Assembly: GCF_006345805.1 (NCBI RefSeq)
Contig: NC_043007.1
Location: 32,860,001 to 32,924,000, forward strand
Direction: 5' to 3'
Length of the DNA stretch: 64,000 bases
Source of the DNA: Octopus sinensis
Lineage: Eukaryota
A model generated the notes under the pieces. It was not told the DNA's origin. It was given only the letters and a program-made list of their open reading frames with translations, and ran no database searches. Each line of letters begins with the position of its first letter. Position 1 is the stretch's first letter. The translations under genes and the position numbers were made by a program. Shown piece by piece: positions 26,249 through 38,612 of this stretch.

Positions 26249-28962
26249 ATGGAGTTGTTCGAGATTGATGCGTCCCTTAAGGATATTCCTATACCACCGA
26301 AGGATGCCTTCCTTAAGGAATTGGTTTGCAAAACTAACGCTTTCATAAACCGGATTAGATGGCTTGTTTTCTTCCACGAGAACGAGGATCTAAAATTGAA
26401 CCGGGCAGCAGCATCGTCCGAATATTGTGGGCTTTTTAAGTCGATGGATACACCGCCACCTAACCCAAGACTGAAGAAGTTTGAGGACGACTTGTGGGAC
26501 ATCGTAAGGAAGATTAAGTTCAGGAAGTCACCCAGGAGAAATGATCACCTCAGATACCTAGATAAAATTACCAAGGATATTAATAGGTCGGATGGAATCT
26601 TGGTCCAGTCTGACAAGACACGGAACACATATAAGTTACCCGTTAGACAGTACCTAGATTTACTCGGAAAAGAGATCAAGAAGAATTATAGAACAACTAA
26701 TTGGAACACACTGAGAAAAGTAAACTTGGAGATTAAGGAAATAATGTTTAAATACGGAATTCAAATGAGAACGCAGCCGCTTAGCCCTAAACAACCTAGA
26801 TTAATAGTGAAGGACCACAAACCGAATTTCTACACCAACCCAGCGTTAAGACTCATATGCCCTGCTAGTTCCGATATCGGGACCATCAGTAAGTATATCT
26901 TAGATAAATATATCCCTAGTTTAGTAAATAAGCTGAAGCTTAGCCTCTGGGCTAACTCCTCGCAGGTCGTGAAGTGGTTCTCTTCCATCCCTAATAAGAA
27001 CCGTACTAGGTTTATTCAGTTTGATATCGCCAGCTTCTACCCCTCGATTAACCCTAGTGTACTAAATAAGGTCCTGTGGCATGCTCACAACAAGGCAGGC
27101 CTCACTAGAGAAGAAATTGATATTATTTTAGTTGCCAGAAAATCATTTATAAAGTTTGAAAATAAGTTGTGGATTCGTAAAGATACTCCCAACGAATTCG
27201 ATGTGCCTATGGGTAGTTCGGATAGCACGCAGATAGCCGATTTGGTCGGAATCTATATTCTCTACGAATTATCCGACCAATTCCCGGACATCGCGGGCGG
27301 CCTGTATCGTGACGATTGTCTGTTTTACCTGCAAAACACCACGAACAGAATCGTACAGAAAACTAAAAATAGGTTAGCTAGGTTCTTTAATAGAATGGGC
27401 ATGAATATAGTTTTTGATAATGAACTCACTAAGGCTAATTTCCTAGACGTCACACTAAACCTCCATAGCGATTCATACTGCCCTGACCATAAGCCTTCCA
27501 CTAATTTAAAGTATGTCAGTGTCTTCTCCAATCATGCCAAAACTGTAACAGACAATTTGGTTAAAAACATCTCTCTAAGATTGTCTAACTTGTCCGCTAG
27601 TGTCGACATCTTTATGCAGAAAGCGGAATTTTATAACGCCGCACTATCCAAAGCCGGTTATAGGCAGAAGGTAGTATATATTGATCCAGCCCTTCCGATG
27701 CCACCATTCGGTCATCAGGATAGGGCCGTCTATAATAACATAAATAATTTAAGTAGTGATGGGAGCGCGGGGAGTGTTGGAGCAGGTACTTCTGGATTTA
27801 ATTTAGGGAACATAGATAATTTACGGTCCGGGGGAGGTCATACTAAACCAAAACCTTTTATTCAACCTAGAATCACCCACCCTAATGTCAGAGCTGGCTA
27901 CCCGACCCATCACAAAAATAGGAATAAATATATCTGGTTTGTAATTCCCTTTGGTAAGCAGATTAGAACTAATCTTCCCCTCCTGTTTCGCCAAGCCATT
28001 GCCAGTAACTTCCCCAGAAATTCCAAATATTACTCCACGGTTAATTCACATAAAGTTAGGATAGCTTTCTCCAACACAAAAAACCTTTCCCAGATAATCG
28101 CCTCCCATAATAATAGGCTGCTTATTAAGACCCTACCACCATTGTCCGGAGGCGCAGCTCCGTCTAATTCCAGTTTAACGCGCAGTAGGAATAATAATAG
28201 TAGTAATAATGATAAAAGAGCCAGTACAGTGACTGGTAATCTCAGTACCAACCAGGGAGTAAATAATAGGATTAGCGATAGAAGAAATGGTGATGTTAAT
28301 AACGTTAGTAATGGTAATAGGGAGGTGAGCGCAGTTCGGGTCATTAATGTAGAGAGTCCTAATAGCAACTTTAGCATCGTTTCCGGCAATAGCAGGTCCG
28401 CGGATACTAGCAATTACAGCGTTCTCACAGATAGGGAATACACAGGGGATAGTCCGTTAATTAATAGTGATAATGAGGAGTATAATGTAGTAGGCGGCCG
28501 CAGTTCTCACAGTCAATATAGTAACGGAAACGCAGTATTAATATCAGAAGCTAATCCCAATAGAATAAGGTTCGTGTCTAGTAACTCCAAGATCAGAAAT
28601 GCCATTTACCAATGCAATGTTTACACGGATTCAGATGTCTACTCGTATGTCGGGGCCTCATCGTCAAAATTGGCCTTGAGAATATCGAACCATTTCGCAA
28701 CTTTTCGCGACGTTAATAAATACCAAGCTACAGGACTTAGCAAACTTATCTGGCGTTTGAAGAACGCGAATTCAGTTTTTAGGCTGGAATGGTCGATTTG
28801 TCGGTGACCCTCCCGTTTGATAGGGGCAGAAGGAGGTGTAATCTTTGTAACTCTGAGCTTTTCCACATATTGTTCGCCAGAGGCCGTTTGGTAAACGGGC
28901 TTTTACAGACGGCTTTTCGATGTCCCCATTGGCGGTGTCATACTTATCTTACATATAAATGA
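26249..28962 (+). CDS. PLE reverse transcriptase / GIY-YIG endonuclease polyprotein, one frameshift near 28805
   Basis: 852-aa ORF with FDIASFYPSI, PMGSSDSTQIADLVG, LYRDD (27305-27316), NFLDVTL and AIY...YVG (28601-28654). The -1 frame continues TLPFDRGRRRCNLC...E...CPH to TGA at 28960-28962. Confidence 0.9.
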
Positions 28963-29599
28963 TACCTAAGACAATTAACACCTTGTTACCCTATTAAAAT
29001 GAAAATAATTTTTTGGAAATATTTTTTGAAAAAACTTTTTAAAAAAATCTCTGAATAACTCTTGCAAGGGGAAATTACTCCCCTTAGGCGATTGGTCGGT
29101 TTTGTGTTTTTTTATAAGCAAACGCTGGAATTATATGCCCTTATGATTCTTTGACGATGTTAATTTTTAGACAAGCAGGCCACAGACGAACACACGAACA
29201 CAGAATTTTTTTAGCCGCCTGACAGGCTTTTTTCAGCAGTGCTCATTATCTAGCGCCCCTCGCCAACATACGGGGGCGCACACATAGGCTAGTATACACA
29301 TACATGCTTTTAGGTAGGTTTTGTCTCGCCCCTAAAAAATACACCCTGTATTCTTTAAATATTCAGGACATTAGTTTTGGTCACACAGAACATCTCCACA
29401 CCCCTTGTTCTCATTAATTCCTCACCTACTAGATTTGACCGCGGCCTGACCTGTAAGTATTCCAACGGACCTTTTGTCGGCCCCCACCAACCCTCCGATT
29501 TCAACGTACATTGATAAACAGTTTACCCATGGGCTCTTAGGGAGCGTCCTCGTTCGAATTGCTTTGCTGCGCCTCTGTTTTGTTTTGTTCTGACAACGT

Positions 29600-29707
29600 A
29601 ATTCCTGGTTTTTCCTGAAGAGAAAGCTGCAATATGGTATCCTTATTTAATCAGAATTTGGAAAATTGTGGCCTTTGAAACATGTGTAGAATGTAATAAA
29701 AGGAATT
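29600..29707 (+). ncRNA. type I hammerhead ribozyme in PLE 3' region
   Basis: CTGAAGA 29615-29621; stem II 29622-29633/29665-29676 (11 of 12 paired including G-U); GAAA 29677-29680; stem III ACA/TGT; GUA site ending 29688; stem I ttc/gaa plus aattcct/aggaatt. Confidence 0.8.
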
Positions 29708-29903
29708 CTGTACAATCTTCGTTCAACTCCATTTCTTCCATTCACTAATTATATTAAACTTCAATTATCCGCACCAACGCACGGTTGCAACACCATATGG
29801 TCTTATCTCCAACCGTGTTTTTTTCTGCTGTGATTTTTGCTACCCAGGTATCGGTTAAACTTTTGAATAATCTGTAACAAGAAAATTCATCTTCCATTTC
29901 AAC

Positions 29904-29989
<86 letters not shown>

Positions 29990-29993
29990 TATT

Positions 29994-30032
<39 letters not shown>

Positions 30033-30063
30033 GGGTTTAAGAGACTTCCCTAATATTAATAAT

Positions 30064-30094
<31 letters not shown>

Positions 30095-30629
30095 ATGTAT
30101 ATATATATATATGCATGTATGTGATTTGGTGACTATTATGTAGTAAAACACGCAAAAAATAAGCAAAACACAGACACGCGACTGAGTTGACGGCAGATCT
30201 ATTTCTGCCTTTATAGCACGTAAAGAAAACGGTGTTGTAGAAGTGTACGCATCACGTGTACTACAGCAGTACTATGTGTAGCATATATATATATATATAT
30301 ATATAAAACAAAATATATAAAACAAAATATATAAAACAAAATAGATTTGTATATTATGGTTAAAAATATATTAAAATCGTCATGCTAGGAAAATGATATA
30401 AAATTTTGTGTATAGTGCCATTGTTTTGGTAGAAATAACCGGTTTCACATTTTCTTTTCAAATTTCTCAAATTTCTTTACCGATGTTGTGTCATCTATTC
30501 GTTATGGTGTGATGTAGAAGAATTCGAAACAGGGAAAGGTAATCAGGGATTATTTCTGTAAAATAGAGATAATAAAGAATGTTGGGAATGATTAGGTTTT
30601 GTTAATTTAATATGATTTGGTTTTGATAG

Positions 30630-31267
30630 AATAGAATGTTAGAAATGGTTAAGTTTTGGTTTATATTTTTCAATGAGGTAAGTTTCCTTATTTAAAAATG
30701 CTAGAAATAGTTAAGTTTTGGCTTATATTTTTCAATGAAGTAGGTTTCCTTGTTTAATCTAACTTGTGTTGGTGTTCCAGTAGCACATTGATACAATGAA
30801 AAGATTACAGATTGTGGTAGCATTGGTTTTGCGCATCTGCCAATGTGTTCACTAAAAGTTATCATTCTGTATTCTGGAATGCAATCTGCTGTCGGTGCAG
30901 AGCGCATCTGCGTCTGAGCGATAATCCCGAGGACCCTATGTAGTTTTGGTGGCAGCCCGGGAATTCAAAAGACCATTGAACAGCGTCAACCCTAACATAC
31001 AATTCACAATGGGATACAACAAAGAGGAGTTCCAATTCTTGGATACATTAGTTAAAAAAACTAAACCTAAAAATAGAAAGGGACATATTTTACAAAACCA
31101 CAGACGCCAAACAATATCTACTATTTAATTCATGACACCTACGACACACCAAAACAAACACCCACTTCAACCTTGCAAGAAGGGTATGCACCATAGTGTC
31201 AGAAAAAATACCAGAAACTTTAGACTACAAGAACTCCAAAACACCCTCATTGACAGACACTACCCAG

Positions 31268-31270
<3 letters not shown>
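30630..31270. mobile_element. second PLE family: inverted endonuclease and RT-thumb fragments
   Basis: Minus 30701-30905: HRQQI..PEYR...SEH...C...RLNKETYFIEKYKPKLN. Plus 30955-31268: LNSVNPNIQFTM...FLDTLV...YKTTDAKQYLLFNS*H...NLARRVCTIV...HYP. Confidence 0.8.
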
Positions 31271-31304
<34 letters not shown>

Positions 31305-31984
31305 TTACGTGTCTGAGTTTGTTCACCCAACCATCGCTTGACAACCGATGCTGGTTTGTTTACGTCCCCGTAACTTAGCATTTCGGCAAAAGAGACCGAT
31401 AGAATAAGTACTAGGCTTACAAATAATAAGTCCTCGGGTCGATTTGCTCGACTAAACTTGGTGCTCCAGCATTTCCACAGTAAAAGAGTAATATACATAA
31501 TAAATAAAGGAGAGAATCAGACGTGCAACACAAATCGATATAACACTAAGAAAAGTTCAACACAGCAACACACCTTCCCGAAAATACAGCCGTACATATC
31601 CACTTACAACCACAGACGCAATAGCTGTTCCTACTCAATAGCGAATCGATCGCCAACGCTGTATACGTGCTCAATTTACACACATATACATACATATATA
31701 CGTATGAACGAACGTATGTCCGTATTTATGTAGGTGTGCACACACCTACAGACAAACTCTGTATCAGGCTTTATTGCAGTTGTACGAAAATGTCAACTTA
31801 AGGTAATGAAACAAAGAATTATCGTTCTAACACTATTTTATTGTAACAATGAAACACGCTACCGAAGAATAGCAAAAGATATGTACAATGTGTAATATTC
31901 AAAATATGAACAAAAATTTGACCTGCAATAAAGCGTGATAAACAGTTTATGTTTATATATGTGCGTGTGTGTGTGTGTGTGTAG

Positions 31985-32235
31985 GTGCGTGGCTTAGTGT
32001 TAGGGTGTCAGCATCATGATCGATCGTAAGATTGTGTTTTCGATTCCTGGACCAGGCGACGCGTTGTGTTCTTGAGCAAAACACTTCATTTCACGTTGCT
32101 CCGGTCCACTCAGCTGGCAAAAATGAGTAACGCTGTGATGGACTGGCGTCCCGTCCAGCTGGGGAACAGATACGCCATTGAAACCGGGAAACCGGGCCCA
32201 TGAGCCTGGCTAGGCTTTAAAAGGGCGCATTTATT
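31985..32235 (+). mobile_element. tRNA-derived SINE family D with CORE/Meta-like central domain
   Basis: tggcttagtg..ttcgattcc head and ttcttgagcaaaacacttcatttcacgttgctcc core. Relatives at 40170-40365 and 53790-54140 have different tails. The superfamily call is from memory. Confidence 0.65.
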
Positions 32236-32285
32236 TCATATATATATATATAATAATAATAATAATGATAATAATAATAATAATA

Positions 32286-32341
<56 letters not shown>

Positions 32342-32546
32342 TCCGTTTAGTTTGGTTTGGACAAACGCCCCAGAATGTGTTCTTAAAAGCTCCTATGCTT
32401 CTTTCAGTGACATAGCTCCGGGTTCAGTCCCAGGTTCAGTGTAGTACCTTGGGCAAGCATCTTCTAATATAGCCTCCGGCCGAACAGAGGGTGGACGGAA
32501 AATGAAAGAAACCCATCGGATATATATATATAGTAGAATAATAAAG

Positions 32547-32962
32547 AGCAGGAGTGGCTGTGTGGTAAGTAGCTTGTTTACCAACCACATGGTTCCGGGT
32601 TCAGTCCCACTGTGTGGCATCTTGGGCAAGTGTCTTCTACTATAGCCTCGGGCCGACCAAAGCCTTGTGAGTGGATTTGGTAGACGGAAACTGAAAGAAG
32701 CCCGTCGTATATATGTATATATATGTATGCGGTGTGTGTTTGTGTGTCTGTGTTTGTCCCCCTAGCATTGCTTGACAACCGAGCTGGGTGTTTTTGTCCC
32801 CGTTACTTAGCGGTTCGGCAAAAGAGACCGATAGAATAAGTAGTGGGCTTACAATGAATAAGTCCCGGGGTCGAGTTGCTCGAGATTAAGGCGGTGCTCC
32901 AGCATGGCCGCAGTCAAATGACTGAAACGAGTAAAAGAGAGTAAAAGAGTAAAGAGTAAAGA
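32547..32962 (+). mobile_element. SINE family A (full copy)
   Basis: Complete head, body and (gtaaaaga)n tail. Partial copies lie at 31290-31480 and 32409-32520. Confidence 0.88.
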
Positions 32963-33020
32963 GCAAGTTCTTAGTACAGTATTAAATATATTTCAAAGAA
33001 TGGGTAAAGATGGCTTTTTT

Positions 33021-33211
33021 GAGGAGATAATTTTTATTTTAATCTTAGTAATAGTGTTGAGAGTGAGCTACTCTGATATGAGGTTCAAGCTATCAAATAG
33101 CCCTTTTCAAGCTGTTTAGGTTTGAAAACGGCTATTTGAAAGCTTGAAACTCATTTCAGAGTAACTCACTTTGAACATTCTTATTAAGATTAAAATAAAA
33201 ATTATACCCTC
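33021..33211. repeat. 191-bp near-perfect palindrome (foldback/MITE-like)
   Basis: Arms ataatttttattttaatctta...ttttcaa and ttgaaaac...taagattaaaataaaaattat, ~85% complementary over ~85 bp, with an ~11-nt loop. Confidence 0.85.
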
Positions 33212-34271
33212 AGAAAAGCTATCACTACTCATTCTTTCAAATATATGTGTGTGTGTGAATGCAAGCAAATATATGTGCTTGTGCATAAACACGAATAAAT
33301 TTATATGAAACACCAAAGAAGATAAATGCCTGATTTATTGGTGTCATTTTGTCATGAGAGAAGAGTGAACAAATATTTCGGACAACGTTACATGAGGAAG
33401 GGAGATAATGTTTAGAATCCAGGCTTCTCTGAAAGTGACAAGCTATTAAGGAGAAGACTGATTGATTAGACTTTGGATGCGCGTCACTGCCTCCGTGGGC
33501 GCTATCTGGACATGACATACATACACACATACACACATATACATACACACACACATACACACATATACATATGCAAACGTACACACATATATATGCATTT
33601 TTATTCCTATATATTAGTCTACACCAGGATGATGGGTTGGGAATATCTCATGGCTGTGATGGTCATACTCTCGACAAATTTGGGGAAAATCTCATTTATA
33701 TCTTTAGTTAGACCTCAAAATTTCACTTACTCCTAATGCGTCCAAAAGTGTAATTTTTAGATATTTCTCTCGAAATAAGATTCCGTTCTTAAAAACCCTA
33801 CCATAAACGAAACGGGAAATTCTTTTATATACACAAGCAGTCCTGTCACACACCTATAAGTTTTGAATTCTGGTAGCTAATATGAGTAATAGAATATCTA
33901 ATAGAATATCTGTGTCATAGAGCTGAAGATAGAAAGTGTCATATGTATATATATATATATATATATATACTATATATATATATATATATATATATCTATA
34001 ATATATGACTTCGAAACGCGGAGTAGATGAAAGAGTGACAACTGATGAAGGGGAATATTCTTTGTTGCATGTCTCGTTTCTATGTTTTTGTTTTTAATTT
34101 TTCGATTTCTCATTGTGTCCACGTTTTTTGATGTCCCGTACCCATATATGCATGTATATATACATATATATGTAGGCATGTTCATATATGTATGTATATA
34201 TGCATATATTTATATATTATATATATATGTGTGGTGTGGTGTGTGTGTGTTGTGTGTGTGTGTGTGTGTGT

Positions 34272-34343
<72 letters not shown>

Positions 34344-34771
34344 TGCACTTGTATTTATATACTAGCAGCTAAGTTTGGTTTCACCCGGTCTGTTTGGATG
34401 ATGTGGTATGATCATTTTTGGTTAGGCATAATCTTACTGCGTTTCTCAACCTTATTATTTCGGGTCCCCTGTTTTGATTGGAGCTTCGAGCTGTATAAAA
34501 ATTTCCTGGCCCCACGCTGTCAGAAAACAGCTTCTAAGCAACTGGTTGTTTTAATGGCTGAAGAAAGAGGGGAATTCCATTAGAAAAGTATTAATCGATT
34601 TTCTCGGTAAGTATGGGGGCTAGGCAAAAAATACAAATCGCATTCCAATCTATGCACCCGTATCCACTAGTGTGTCATTTTTCACGCGATACAACGATCA
34701 CCCATGTCCAATTTATATTATAGATACATACTTAAATGCATATACATACATGCTTATATATATACATATAT

Positions 34772-34804
<33 letters not shown>

Positions 34805-35129
34805 CGCCTGTGTTTCGTATCAAAGAAAACTAATGTTATTATATTTCCTTAACTTATTTTACATCTCAATGCTAGCCCACAACATTGACCTTTATACTTC
34901 AGTATTAAAGTATTTGCATTAAATACGAGGAAATACCTCATTTAACACACACACACACCACACACATGAGCGCGCACACACACTTACGCTTGCGTGTGCG
35001 CATGGACATGGACATATGTTTATTACCTATGGTTCTAGTGTCACTTCTATCACCCTCCTACACTCTTTTTACCTCTTTGTTATCATTTACTTTCTCTTTC
35101 GGCAATTATCATTTTGACATTGAGACACA

Positions 35130-35168
<39 letters not shown>

Positions 35169-36394
35169 GCACAAACACACACATCACAACACAACGTCCA
35201 AGAGGCACAATCATACAAATATACTTACCTGCCTCTATAACCACACAATATATCGTTCCTCCCACACAATCACATACACACACACACACATTTTTATATA
35301 TATATGATGACAGTGAGAGAGACAATTCAAAACGAACAAAGACATTATATCTAGATGATGAGGTTATCGGTTTAAGATAAGGATGTTGTTGCATGGCAGA
35401 ACAAAATGAGAACCTGGCAAGATGGCGGAATAGTAAGGTAGTGAAGTGGCAAGTGTTGTTGTTGTTGTTGTTGTCGGTGGTGGTGGTGGTGGTTATGGAG
35501 AGTTAGTAGGATTGCGAGATTGCAAAGGTGGAGACCTGGTGAGATGGCGAGTTGGCGAAACAGGTAGGTGGGCAAATGGCCGAAGCGGTGAGACGAAATG
35601 GCGATGGAGAGGTGGCGTAAACGATTTATGTGTTTGTGTGTGTGTGTGTGTGTGTGTGCATCTCTGTGTGTGGACGTGAACAAATTTTGAGACTGATATA
35701 GAGAGGTGGTGGTTACTCGGTGAGATAATGAGGTGATGAATCCTTTTGATGTTGGTGGTGGTGGTGGGAGTGCTTGTTGTTGTTGTTGTTGTTGTTGCTG
35801 TTACCGTTGTCGTGGGGTATGTGGCTGGGCGGGGGGGCGGGTGGCAGTCTTGGGGGCCGAAGCCGATTAAATCGCTGAGAATGTACCAGCCAAAGATATA
35901 AATGAAGCTGTTCCAGGCTTGCTTGCAATTTATGGAGCAGCTCAAGTGTTGTAATTGTTATTTGATAGATCACTGATTAACGAACATCGACACATATTCC
36001 GGAAAACCAATCCAGACAAAACGTGACAGTGCGTGTGAATGCGTGCGCATATATCTGTGTGTATGTAGGATGGTGGTGGTTAATAGTGGAGGTTGTAACA
36101 GTAGCGATGCAGCGGTGTCCATGCTGTGCGTGCGTGACAACTTCTCTCTATCCTCCCCACGTTCTTACATGCGTATATATATATATATAAATGTATATAA
36201 GGACAGGGGGGAAAATGTGTCAAAGCCATCAGGAGGCGTCGATGCTTCCTAGGGCTATACAGCGGTGATGTACCCCCCTACTGTCACGTTCGTGTTAGAT
36301 TGACAGTATACAACCATTCTATCGCCCCACCACCGTACATGTCTCTACGAGAGATTTAGAAATTTAGTATTTCTTATATATATATATACATACA

Positions 36395-36429
<35 letters not shown>

Positions 36430-36430
36430 T

Positions 36431-37275
36431 CTTTTACTTGTTTCAGTCATTTGACTGCGGCCATGGTGGAGCACCACCTTTTAGTCGAGCAAATCGCCAT
36501 CCAGTACTTAATCTATCGGTCTCTTTTGCCGAACAGCTAAGTTACGGGGACGTAAACACACCAGCATCGGTTGTCAAGTGATGTTGGTGGGGGGGGGGAC
36601 AAACACAGACACAAACACATACACACACATACATATATATACATATATACGACGGGCTTCTGTCAGTTTCCGTCTGCCAAATCTACTCACAACGCTTTGG
36701 TCGGATCGAGGCTATAGTAGAAGATACTTGCGCAAGGTGCCACGCAGTGGAACTGAACCCGGAACCATGCGGTTGGTAAGCAAACTACTTACCATACAGC
36801 CACTACTGCGCCTATGAATAAGCTTAATCAATTTTCGAACCTTATTGGGTTCTCATCAGAGGCGTCTACATTATTCTGACAGTCTCCTACTTACTTACTT
36901 TACTCTTTTACTTGTTTCAGTCATTTGACTGTGGCCATGCTGGAGCACGCCTTTAGTCGAGCAAATCGACCCGGGACTATTCTTTGTAAGCCCAGTACTT
37001 ATTCTATCGGTCTCCTTTTGCCGAACCGCTAAGTGAAGGGGACGTAAACACACCAGCATCGGTTGTCAAGCAATGCTAGGGGACAACACAGACACACACA
37101 AACATACACACAGACACATATATATATACATACATACGACAGGCTTCTTTCGGTTCCGTCTACCAAAATCCACTCACAAGGCTATAGTAGAAGACAATTG
37201 CCCAAGATGCCACGCAGTGGGACTGAACCCAGAACATGTAGTTCATAAGCAAGCTACTACCACACAGCCATCCTG
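36431..37275 (-). mobile_element. two SINE family A copies (36431-36812, 36893-37275)
   Basis: Both match family A on the minus strand and are separated by an 80-bp hammerhead-bearing spacer. Confidence 0.85.
36815..36870 (-). ncRNA. type I hammerhead ribozyme motif
   Basis: Minus strand: cct-CTGATGA-gaacc-caataa-ggttc-GAA-AATTGATT-A-agc; perfect 5-bp stem II, UUA site, weak stem I. Confidence 0.55.
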
Positions 37276-37382
37276 TATATATATACATTCATATATATAT
37301 ATATATATGAATATATGATTCAAATAGTTAATATATAAAATACATACACATACATACATACATACATACATACATACATACA

Positions 37383-37414
<32 letters not shown>

Positions 37415-37999
37415 CACGCGTATGTATTTTATGTATACACAATTCGTATCAGATTTGCGCTAAGCAAAAACTCCTGATCATTCGAACGTTTCGAGTTTGA
37501 AGGTCACAAATTTAACTCATCTCGAGTTCATTATTTTTTTTTTCCACTTTTCTTCCTGTCTCTTTTCTATTTCTTCCATTTCTTCCACCTTTCTTTCTGT
37601 CCTATCTATGTACTTTCCGTTGAAAGTCCTATAGGACATAGTTTTCCATAAGCGTTACATCTACAGTTGTCTTGTCCTTGTGCTGTCTTACATCTGTAAG
37701 GCCTTTATTTGTATGAGTTTATATATTTATATACCAATTGTTGTTTTTGTTGTTTGTTGTTTGTTTGTGTTCTTCACTGTCCTTTACGTTCACTCAATTA
37801 TTCCCAGTGGCTTTTTGCTGCTGAGACCACCAAAATGAGCAATTTAAGCGTTAAGGATGCGAATTTGTTAAGACTTTTGGACGATAATTAACGAGGAAAG
37901 AGCAAGTTCACGTCTTGCGTGTGAATTTTCATTTCGTTCCTTAGTCGTCCTTCTGTGCAATTTTTGAAACACACACACACACGTACATTTACATAAATA

Positions 38000-38549
38000 T
38001 TGAGTTGTCCGGAATGTTCGTGTCGATTTTTAAAGGAAAGAAAACGGTCAATAAATCCTTGCCATTACATTTTCAATCAACCAAATATGAACAATTTTGT
38101 TGCACAATGCGTCTCCATCTATCCTTTAACTTGAAAATATCCTCTTCCCAGAACTGAGGGGGTTTCATAGCAAAGAATTCATCAAGATATCTTTTTACGT
38201 CATTCAAGGAATTTAAATTTTTACGATTAAGACTATTCTGCAGAGACCTGAATAAGTGGAAATCAGAAGAAGCAATATCTGGTGAATATGGAGGGTGGGC
38301 TAACACATCCCAGCCGAGCTGCAGCAATTTTTGTCTGGTTCCCAAAGCATCAAGTGCTGAAAATGAAATTTCTTATCTTCCATTTTAAAGGGTTACAGAA
38401 TTAACACAATTATAGGAACATAAACCTTCTTCCACAAAAAGATAGCTTAAACTGTGCTCTAATTGAGTGTAGTCAAATCCTATTTTATTGACACAACCAT
38501 ATTCTAAAATAAGTCGAAAGGTAAGCTACGAACTTTCTGGATAACCCAA
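38000..38549 (-). mobile_element. internally deleted mariner with both TIRs
   Basis: TIRs ttgagttgtccggaatgttcg and cgaactttctggataacccaa. N-terminal MEDKKFHFQHLML is joined out of frame to ...HPPYSPDIASSDFHLF...NCSYLVD*. Confidence 0.88.
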
Positions 38550-38576
38550 CAGATAGAATTGACAGATAGATATATA

Positions 38577-38612
<36 letters not shown>

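Larger units (their letters stand above)
26212..29904 (+). mobile_element. near-intact Penelope-like retroelement (C-terminal endonuclease type) inserted in (TA)n
   Basis: Single long RT plus GIY-YIG ORF, ~940-bp 3' region with a hammerhead, and (TA)n on both sides. No poly(A) tail or true LTRs are seen. Confidence 0.9.

Noticed and set aside
28030-28413. 127-aa antisense ORF within the PLE
   Set aside because: Leu-rich mirror of the Asn/Ser-rich linker with no independent motif.
28805-28894. Selenocysteine or stop read-through at the PLE TGA (Sec use is known for Naiad PLEs)
   Set aside because: In-frame read-through gives PSRLIGAEGGVIFVTLSFSTYCSPEAVW* with no conserved motif, whereas the -1 frame restores RCNLC...CPH.
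34013-34075. GAAACGCG...CTGATGA-aggggaatattcttt in family G (also 17640-17700)
   Set aside because: Core halves are in the wrong order for type I and do not close a type II fold; there is no NUH site.
37475-37530. Minus-strand gagtt/aactc-GAAACGTT hammerhead-like relic (similar one at 59205-59250)
   Set aside because: The CUGANGA strand is deleted or mutated, so it cannot be supported as a ribozyme.
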